From the NCBI GenBank assembly GCA_039208735.1, contig JBCCQY010000190.1, positions 1 through 16,224 on the forward strand: a stretch of DNA of 16,224 bases, given 5' to 3'. Source of the DNA: Myxococcota bacterium. GTDB lineage: Bacteria; Myxococcota_A; UBA796; GCA-2862545. Both the position numbers and the translations under genes were made by a program. Under the pieces are notes generated by a model. That model did not search any database. It had not been told where the DNA came from and worked only from the letters and a program-made list of their open reading frames with translations. Shown in pieces: positions 1-6,401 of this stretch (position 1 is the first letter of the stretch; each line of letters starts with the position of its first letter).

Positions 1-631
1 CGACCACCCGCTCGCCGTCGAGGAGCAGATTCTCGGGATGGAGATCGGCGTGGACGAAGGCGGAAGGCTGCAAACGGTCCCACGCCTGGGGCGCGGTGCG
101 AACCACCCACGCGGCCACTGCCTCGCAGAGCGGAAACCGATATCGATCGAGCGCCATGAGGCCCTGCGCAAGGGCTTCGCGGCGATGGGAGGGGTCTCCA
201 AGGTCCTTGGTCGGCCATTCCAACGGCATTGGCGCTTCGTGGAGCGAGCGGAGTTCCTGGCCGACCCCTGCGGCTCGAGCCGCCGTCAGCCCCTCGATCG
301 GATGCCTGCCCTCGATCGCTTCGAGGACCAGCACCGTCGCTCCCGTCTTGGGGTCCTCGGCCACGTGGTAGCACTTCGGGGCCAGGGACGGGCGCACCTC
401 GCGATAAACCCGAACTTCTCGGGCGTAGAGGGCTTGCTTGGTCGGCGTATCGGGGACCCCTCCCTTGACGACGACAACGGAGGGACCGTCTCCCTCCAGG
501 CGCAAACGGGTCACCCAACTTGTCATGCCACGGCCGGATACCGTTTGGGGTTCGACTGACGTGACCCGAGCCCCTAAGACCTCGGAAAGCCATTCCGGCC
601 CGATCGCCTCTACCGAAGTCGGGATCCTCAT
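1..631 (-). CDS. APH / choline kinase / ecdysteroid-kinase-like phosphotransferase, 3' end truncated by the window edge
   Basis: Translated by hand; absent from the ORF track because it runs off the window. ATG at 631-629, preceded by GGGGAGAG, is open to base 2: MRIPTSVEAIGPEWLSEVLG...VVVVKGG...LYAREVRVYREV...PKCYHV...VLVLEAIEG...AFVHADLHPENLLLDGERVV. It carries the kinase beta3 Lys, the alphaC Glu and the Brenner HxDxxxxN catalytic motif. Confidence 0.88.
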   Translation of the reverse strand, partial: MRIPTSVEAIGPEWLSEVLGARVTSVEPQTVSGRGMTSWVTRLRLEGDGPSVVVVKGGVPDTPTKQALYAREVRVYREVRPSLAPKCYHVAEDPKTGATVLVLEAIEGRHPIEGLTAARAAGVGQELRSLHEAPMPLEWPTKDLGDPSHRREALAQGLMALDRYRFPLCEAVAAWVVRTAPQAWDRLQPSAFVHADLHPENLLLDGERVV

Positions 632-667
632 TGTCGGAAGCTCTCTCCCCCGACCTTCGGAGTCTCG

Positions 668-1903
668 ATGTCGTCCGCCCCCGGATACCTCGCCCTTCTG
701 CAAAACAATGCTCCGTTTCGCTGGCTGTGGCTGGGGGTGGTGGTCAGCTTTTTTGGGGATTGGTTTTCCACCATTGCCCTCTACGAGGTTGCTGAACAAC
801 TTTCCGGACGCGCGGGCGCAATTGCAACCATCCTCATTGCGAAGTCGCTCCCCATCTTCCTGGTCTCGCCAATCGCGGGCCCGCTTATCGACCGGTTCGA
901 TCGGCGCAACCTTCTCATCGTCACCGACGTAGCGCGTTCCCTGCTCACCCTGGCCATGGTGGCCGCATGGTGGGCCGAGAGCTTTCCGGCCATCATCGCT
1001 TTCGTCGTCCTCAAGGTCGTGTTTTCCGGCATCTTCATTCCGGGCCGGACGGCGGTGATTCCGCAAGTCACGTCTTTCGATGAACTGCCGGTGGCCATGG
1101 CGTTGTCGGGCGGCACGTGGTCCGTGATGCTCGCCTTTGGAGCCGCCCTCGGCGGACTCGTCACCGCCGGGATCGGGGTCACGGGAGCCCTGGTGCTCGA
1201 TGCGATCACGTTCTTGGTGAGTGCCGCATTTCTCGCCCGACTCCCCGCACTTCCGCCCCAGCCCGATAAGACAGCCTCCCAGACCTCCTCCTTCCTCGAA
1301 GGCTTAAGGTACCTCCGCGGTCGGTCCTACCTCACCGCCGTGCTTCTCGGAAAGGCTGGATTGGCGGTCACCACGGGAGCCCTTGTGACGCTCCCCGCCT
1401 TCGGCAACGGCCTGTTCCCTGAGACCGCAGGACCCGCGTTCGTGGGCCTCCTCTATGCGGCCCGGGGGGTCGGCGCGATGATGGGCAGCCTGGGCACTCG
1501 GCGTATCGTGGGCGACGATGCCAGATCATTGGCCTTTAGCCTGGTGCCTGGGTACCTCACCGCCGCATTGGGCCTGGCCGGCGTCAGCTTGGCCCCGACC
1601 CTCGCCTGGGCGGCTGGAGGCTACGTCGTCAACATGGTCGGCCATGCCACCGTCTGGGTGTTCACCGGCATCCTGGCCCAACGCGCGACCCCCCAGGGGC
1701 TACGGGGGCGTCTCTTCGCCATGGAATTCGGCCTGCTCACCCTCATCTCGGCTTCCGCTTCGTTCCTCGCGGGACACGCCATCGACACCTTCGGCTATGA
1801 CGCGCGGCAAGTCACCGGCGCCGTCGCCGGCCTCATGACGGTCCCTGCCGGGCTCTTCAGCCTCGTGCTCCTCACGACGGGCGTCCGAGAGGACAGGACT
1901 TAA
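668..1903 (+). CDS. MFS transporter (12-TM, MFS_3/DHA3-like)
   Basis: 411 aa with repeated hydrophobic helices; N-terminal FRWLWLGVVVSFFGDW; MFS motif A GPLIDRFDRRNLL; late GLRGRLFA; GGAG 6-9 nt before the ATG. Confidence 0.93.
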   Translation: MSSAPGYLALLQNNAPFRWLWLGVVVSFFGDWFSTIALYEVAEQLSGRAGAIATILIAKSLPIFLVSPIAGPLIDRFDRRNLLIVTDVARSLLTLAMVAAWWAESFPAIIAFVVLKVVFSGIFIPGRTAVIPQVTSFDELPVAMALSGGTWSVMLAFGAALGGLVTAGIGVTGALVLDAITFLVSAAFLARLPALPPQPDKTASQTSSFLEGLRYLRGRSYLTAVLLGKAGLAVTTGALVTLPAFGNGLFPETAGPAFVGLLYAARGVGAMMGSLGTRRIVGDDARSLAFSLVPGYLTAALGLAGVSLAPTLAWAAGGYVVNMVGHATVWVFTGILAQRATPQGLRGRLFAMEFGLLTLISASASFLAGHAIDTFGYDARQVTGAVAGLMTVPAGLFSLVLLTTGVREDRT

Positions 1904-2980
1904 CTCCAGCGCATCCGCTTCACGGGTGAGGCGCCGCGCTCGACGAAGCCGCCGCACCGAACGCACCACGTCCAACGTCAACAGCGACCCGGCGAGCACC
2001 CACCCCCCTACATTGAGGCCCCGTTGGAGCGGCGTTTGGGCTTCCTCACGGCGCCGTTGGCTCCAAATCTCGAAGGCCACGGCTGAGGTCCACAACCCAG
2101 CGTCAAAGCCCAAACGAAGCCATGCCGTACTCCGAAGGTCCCTGGCCTCAAAGCGAAGCGCCTCGATGCGACCTTGAGGTCCCGATTCGGCAGAGGCAAA
2201 CGGGGCTCCCGCGTCGGAACGCGGGCTGACCATGATCGACGAATCGGTCTCGGTTCCTGGGTCTTCCTCGCAGGGAACGAAGGTCGTGTAGGTGATCTGG
2301 TGGCGATACTTCCCCAAGGGAAGCCCCGCGCGCCACCACCAGGACTGCTTTTCCTCGGATCGGGGACGACCATCGCGTCCGTAGCGCAGGGTGCCCTCGG
2401 ACCGGTTGCTCACAAGAGCCTGTCGTTGCGAATGCCGCTCGCGAATGAACCGCACCAAGGTGATCCGATCGAAACCCGGTGGGACCACGCCGATCGTACG
2501 GTTCTTGGGTCCGTTCGGGCGCCCCTTGAGCGCATGCATGTGGTGGACTTCCAACCCGCCGTCGTCGGTCGGCTCGACCCACAGCGCACCATCGGTCGTT
2601 GGAACCCAAACCTTGCTGTCGCCCTCACGCCAGTCGCGCAGATACGCACCCTGTATCGACCCAATCAGCCAATAGGGCTTTCCGTCATGTCCCAGTTGAG
2701 GTCGAAACTGCAACGTGAGGTCTCGGTCGCGAAAAGCTGGAGCGACCTTCAGATCTGGCCCAATGAGGGTAAAGTCACCGAATTGGCCATCCGCAAACCG
2801 CACCGCGAACTCCGCCGAACCCTCGTTTCGCTGTCCTGACACGCGGTGGGCCCATTCCACGGTTCCGCGAACTTGCCAGCATCCTTCAGGCCCGGCTTCC
2901 GCCGCCTCGAGTTGGGCCTGCCACGCTTCGAGATCCGACGGCGCCGGAGTGGCCGCCAAAGCCAACGCAATCCAAATCAT
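1700..2980 (-). CDS. Hypothetical secreted/membrane-anchored protein (signal peptide, beta-rich body, two C-terminal hydrophobic segments); 3' end uncertain
   Basis: Long ORF filling the gap between the MFS and the lipoprotein gene. Preferred start ATG 2980 (MIWIALALAA-TPAP, G-rich upstream) rather than 3001. Hydrophobic segments LGFDAGLWTSAVAFEIW and VGGWVLAGSLLTLDVV are followed by an Arg-rich stretch. The last 67 codons lie antisense within the MFS gene. Confidence 0.65.
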   Translation of the reverse strand: MIWIALALAATPAPSDLEAWQAQLEAAEAGPEGCWQVRGTVEWAHRVSGQRNEGSAEFAVRFADGQFGDFTLIGPDLKVAPAFRDRDLTLQFRPQLGHDGKPYWLIGSIQGAYLRDWREGDSKVWVPTTDGALWVEPTDDGGLEVHHMHALKGRPNGPKNRTIGVVPPGFDRITLVRFIRERHSQRQALVSNRSEGTLRYGRDGRPRSEEKQSWWWRAGLPLGKYRHQITYTTFVPCEEDPGTETDSSIMVSPRSDAGAPFASAESGPQGRIEALRFEARDLRSTAWLRLGFDAGLWTSAVAFEIWSQRRREEAQTPLQRGLNVGGWVLAGSLLTLDVVRSVRRLRRARRLTREADALELSPVLSDARREEHEAEEPGRDRHEAGDGAGDLPRVIAEGVDGVSREERSGSRDEGEQAEFHGEETPP

Positions 2981-3005
2981 TCCGCCCCCTTTGCCGATCA
3001 TGCCG

Positions 3006-3030
3006 GGAACCTGGCGATTGGATCAACGTC
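3006..3030 (+). promoter_or_regulatory. Putative ECF sigma promoter, GGAAC-N16-CGTC
   Basis: GGAAC at 3006-3010, a 16-nt spacer and CGTC at 3027-3030, in an intergenic position about 30 nt upstream of ATG 3062. Matches the AAC(-35)/CGT(-10) pattern common to many ECF groups. Confidence 0.6.
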
Positions 3031-3061
3031 GCATTACGGCCCGCTCCCCGGAGGAGACCTC

Positions 3062-3418
3062 ATGCGTTGGACACTGATGACGATGTTGTGGACTGGCTGC
3101 TCGATGTTCGGGGCCTCCCCCGAAGTCGCCCCCGAACCGGTGCTCTCGATGCAGCGCATTGAGGAGGCCTTGCCCTCCCACGAAGGCAAGGTGGTGGTCG
3201 TGAATGGGCTGTACCGCGCCGCGTCGGTCGCCGATGAGTGGACCCGCATCATCCTCATCGACGATGCGGACGCTCCCAAGTCCAAGCTGAGCTGCTTCAC
3301 GCCAAACGCACCCGCGTTCCAGGGCACGGCATCGAAGTCCCCCGTCACGGTCCGCGGCACCGTCGCGCAACGCTACGAAGAGTGGGTACTCAAAGATTGC
3401 GTTCGTGTCGTCGAATGA
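3062..3418 (+). CDS. Small OB-fold lipoprotein (tRNA_anti-like family)
   Basis: Strong RBS GGAGGAG (3050-3056) fixes the start at 3062, not 2846. 118 aa with lipobox-like LWTG-C13. Pattern HEGKVVVVNG...LSCF...VTVRGTV...LKDC resembles tRNA_anti-like OB lipoproteins, including the Cys pair. Confidence 0.75.
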   Translation: MRWTLMTMLWTGCSMFGASPEVAPEPVLSMQRIEEALPSHEGKVVVVNGLYRAASVADEWTRIILIDDADAPKSKLSCFTPNAPAFQGTASKSPVTVRGTVAQRYEEWVLKDCVRVVE

Positions 3419-3492
3419 CACCACCACGATGACGGATGAGCGACCTTCGTCGAAGGCTCCGTGCCCGACGGAAAATCAATAGACCCTTCGAT

Positions 3493-4719
3493 ATGAACAC
3501 CACCGACATCCTGGTTCTCGGCGCAGGGCCCACGGGCACCGCGCTTGCGGCCGCCTTGGCCAGCCGGGGACTCTCCGTCGCCCAAATCGATCCCGCTCCC
3601 GAACGTCCCTGGCCCAATCGCTACAGCGCCTGGGATGACGAACTTGCCGCACTGGGTCTCTCCAAGACGGCCGGCCAGCGATGGCCCCGGTCTGAATTCG
3701 TGTTGCCCAATGGTCGGGTTCTTGCCCTGGAGCGTGGCTATGCGGCCCTCGATGGGAAGCGACTGCGCACCGCACTTCAGCATGCGTTGGTGGATGTGCG
3801 CCTGGGGCGCGTCGTCAGGGTGTCGCACCACGCCGACTCGAGCCAGGTTGAATTGGCCGATGGAACGCAGGCGGAAGCCCGATTGATCGTGGATGCCACG
3901 GGCCATCAAAGCCCGTTCGTGGTGCGAGACGGGCCGCCTGCCCAGGCCTGGCAGGTGGCCTGGGGCGCAGAATTCGCGAACTGCGAAGCCCCCTACGCGA
4001 CCGATGCGATGCGCTTTATGGACTGGAGAGCGCACGAAGCGAGCGACGAGGACCCTCGCCCCACGTTCCTGTTCGCCAAGCCCCTCGGAGGGCGGCGCTG
4101 GTTCTTTGAAGAAACCCAGCTGATCGGGGCTCCGGCCATGGACCTCGGACTCCTCGAACGCCGTTTGCAAGCACGCCTCGCCCGGGACGGAGTCAACGGA
4201 CAGTTCGACGGAGGCATCGAGCGGTGTTGCTTTCCCATGGACCCGCCCCTCCCGGTCCTGGACCAACCTGTCCTTGGGTTCGGCGCCGCGGCGAGCCTCG
4301 TGCATCCCGCCACGGGCTATTTGCTGATGCGCACGCTGCGTGCGGTAGCCCCGGTAGCGGATGCCCTACAAGCCGGCATCGCCGAGGGGCGGTCGCCTCG
4401 CGACATCGTCCGCGACGGGTGGCAAGTGCTTTGGCCCCCCGAACTCCTGGACGCGGCCCGGCTGCTTCGATTCGGCGCTCGCACCTTGCTTGCGATGGAT
4501 CGCGAGCAGATCGGCAAGTTCTACGAAGCTTTCTTCGCGATCGAGCCTCAGAGCTGGCGAGACTACTTGTCGGGCGATCTGCCTGCGGGGCCGCTCGCTC
4601 GCATCATGCTTCAGGTCTTCGCGGCCAGCGGCGTCGCGACCCAATGGCGGCTCGCTCGTCAAGGATTAGGCGATCCCTGGCCTTTACTTAAGGGAATCGC
4701 GCGACTCGCAGCAAACTGA
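3493..4719 (+). CDS. crtL: Lycopene cyclase, CrtL/LCY type (FAD-dependent)
   Basis: DILVLGAGPTG dinucleotide-binding motif; WPNRYSAWDDE (cf. WPNNYGVWxDE); IVDATG; FMDWR; PTFLFAKPL; WFFEETQL (cf. FLEETSL); FGAAASLVHPATGY. Start 3493 is preferred; 3436 is an alternative. Confidence 0.9.
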   Translation: MNTTDILVLGAGPTGTALAAALASRGLSVAQIDPAPERPWPNRYSAWDDELAALGLSKTAGQRWPRSEFVLPNGRVLALERGYAALDGKRLRTALQHALVDVRLGRVVRVSHHADSSQVELADGTQAEARLIVDATGHQSPFVVRDGPPAQAWQVAWGAEFANCEAPYATDAMRFMDWRAHEASDEDPRPTFLFAKPLGGRRWFFEETQLIGAPAMDLGLLERRLQARLARDGVNGQFDGGIERCCFPMDPPLPVLDQPVLGFGAAASLVHPATGYLLMRTLRAVAPVADALQAGIAEGRSPRDIVRDGWQVLWPPELLDAARLLRFGARTLLAMDREQIGKFYEAFFAIEPQSWRDYLSGDLPAGPLARIMLQVFAASGVATQWRLARQGLGDPWPLLKGIARLAAN

Positions 4720-4787
4720 GGCCGATTGGGATCCGATCTGACCTTGGCTCCGTCCGTTGAAGCAGACCCATTCCGGGAGCTTCTCTG

Positions 4788-5495
4788 ATGAACCTTTGGA
4801 CCACCGCCGCTCTTGTTGCCTTCGTTGGATGCTCAGACCCCACTACCGAAGCACGGATCCAAGAACTCGAAAACCGCATCGAGGCCCTGCAAGCCAATGC
4901 GCCCAAGCCGCCCGCGTCCAATGAGGACGAAGTCGCGGCCGGACAGCTGCTCCAGGCCGCCGTGAAGTCCCTGGATGCCGGCGATTCGACGGGTGCCAAG
5001 AAGAGCCTCGAGCAGCTGACAACCAAGTACGGCAACACCCGGGCCGCCAAGCGGGCCGCAAGCATGACCGCCGAGGTCGCGGTGTACGGCAAGGATGCCG
5101 TGCCTCTCGATGTCGAGAAGTGGTTTCAGGGCAGTGCGGCAGACGCCGACGGCAAAGCCACGTTGGTGGTGTTCTGGGAGAAGTGGTGCCCCCACTGCAA
5201 GCGCGAGGTGCCGAAGCTCCAGGCGCTGCACGAGCAGTACAGCAACAAGGGTCTCGCGATCGTCGGTTTGACCAAGATGACGAAGGGCGTCACCGAAGCC
5301 GACGTCACGTCGTTCATCCAAGAACAGCAGATTGACTACCCGATGGCGCTCGAGTCGGGAACCACCATCTCGGACTACTACGCGATTCGCGGAATTCCCG
5401 CCGCGGTGGCCATCAAGGACGGCAAAGTGGTGTGGCGGGGGCACCCGGGTCGCATTGGACAGCCCCTGATCGAGCGCTGGCTTTCCGATAGCTGA
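4788..5495 (+). CDS. TlpA/ResA-like thiol-disulfide oxidoreductase lipoprotein with N-terminal coiled coil and TPR-like helices
   Basis: Lipobox FVG-C15; LVVFWEKWCPHCKREVP active site; YAIRGIP cis-Pro loop; GGGAG RBS at 4775-4779. Confidence 0.9.
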   Translation: MNLWTTAALVAFVGCSDPTTEARIQELENRIEALQANAPKPPASNEDEVAAGQLLQAAVKSLDAGDSTGAKKSLEQLTTKYGNTRAAKRAASMTAEVAVYGKDAVPLDVEKWFQGSAADADGKATLVVFWEKWCPHCKREVPKLQALHEQYSNKGLAIVGLTKMTKGVTEADVTSFIQEQQIDYPMALESGTTISDYYAIRGIPAAVAIKDGKVVWRGHPGRIGQPLIERWLSDS

Positions 5496-5510
5496 TCCCG
5501 AGGACCTGGT

Positions 5511-6074
5511 ATGGCTCCGTTCCGCCGATGGCGTTTCCAACGCCTGGTGCGTCCACACTGGACCGCCTTCGAACGCTTCGCCCGTCGATTGGCAGGCTCA
5601 CCCCAAGATGGGGACGACCTGCTCCAGGAGGCCGTCGTGGCTGCAATGCAGCGCATCGGTGGGTTGAAGGACGACCGGGCGTTTCGAACGTGGATGTTCA
5701 AGACCCTCCGCACTGTCCACCTGGATCGGTGCGATCGCGAAGCGCGACACCGGCGTCGGGTCGACGCCTTTGGAACCTTCGGAGAGGCGGTGGTCCTGCC
5801 ATTTCCCAAGTCCCCCGCCGACACGCTCGAAGCGCGGGAGATCGGCCACGCCGTTGCGCAAGCGATGGAAGCCCTGCCCGAAGATCAACGGCTGGCCGTG
5901 TGGCTGGTCGACGTTCAGGGCCTCTCGTTCACCGAAGCGGCGGAGGTGCTCGACTTGCGAAGGGGTACCGTATGTAGTCGGGTCATTCGAGGACGACTCG
6001 CACTACGCGGTGACCTCGGAGAGGTGGCGGCAGAGCAAGGATTTGGCCAGGATGCATCGGCGGAGGAGCCATGA
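5511..6074 (+). CDS. ECF RNA polymerase sigma factor (SigH/SigR-like C-terminus)
   Basis: Region 2: ARRLAGSPQDGDDLLQE...FRTWMFKTLRTVHLD. Region 4: LPEDQRLAVWLVDVQGLSFTEAAEVLDLRRGTVCSRVIRGRLALR. GAGGA RBS; stop overlaps the next start (ATGA). Confidence 0.93.
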   Translation: MAPFRRWRFQRLVRPHWTAFERFARRLAGSPQDGDDLLQEAVVAAMQRIGGLKDDRAFRTWMFKTLRTVHLDRCDREARHRRRVDAFGTFGEAVVLPFPKSPADTLEAREIGHAVAQAMEALPEDQRLAVWLVDVQGLSFTEAAEVLDLRRGTVCSRVIRGRLALRGDLGEVAAEQGFGQDASAEEP

Positions 6075-6400
6075 ACTGCGATTGGGTGCAAAATGCGCTG
6101 TTGCGCTACGATCCATCGACCGAGCTGCCCGACGCCATCGTCGAGCACATCGACGCGTGTCCCAAGTGCCGGGCGGTGCTCGACGCACGGTTTCCTCCGG
6201 CTACAACGCCACATCGCGTGGAGCCCAAGCCGGCAGACCCCGTACGTCCCTGGGCCCTCGGCGTCCTCGTCGCGGCCGCCACCATCGTGCTGTGGCTTCC
6301 CTTGTGGCGCGACATTCCCCCGGACCGCCGGGTGGCGATGCTCGATGCATCCCAGGTCTGTGTTGTGGTCTACGAACCGCCAGAATGCGAAACGCCGTAG
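6071..6400 (+). CDS. Membrane-bound zinc-binding anti-sigma factor (ZAS/zf-HC2 type)
   Basis: ATGA-coupled to the ECF sigma; C3 plus H26-x3-C30-x2-C33; one TM helix (WALGVLVAAATIVLWLPLW); about 30-aa C-terminal tail with C97 and C106. Confidence 0.85.
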   Translation: MNCDWVQNALLRYDPSTELPDAIVEHIDACPKCRAVLDARFPPATTPHRVEPKPADPVRPWALGVLVAAATIVLWLPLWRDIPPDRRVAMLDASQVCVVVYEPPECETP

Positions 6401-6401
6401 C

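Noticed and set aside
38..559. 173-aa + strand ORF and nested ORFs
   Set aside because: Antisense shadows of the - strand phosphotransferase, which carries clear catalytic motifs.
2846..3061. N-terminal extension of the OB-fold lipoprotein ORF
   Set aside because: Overlaps the divergent gene and the promoter; RBS and lipobox support ATG 3062.
3444..3472. Two small hairpins (CCTTCG-T-CGAAGG; TCCGT-GCCCG-ACGGA) before crtL
   Set aside because: Short stems and no U-tract on the + strand; not supportable as a terminator or riboswitch.
5511..6400. Naming the pair carQ/carR, sigH/rshA or corE
   Set aside because: The single-TM ZAS anti-sigma matches neither multi-pass CarR nor soluble RshA, and the sigma lacks the CorE Cys-rich tail.
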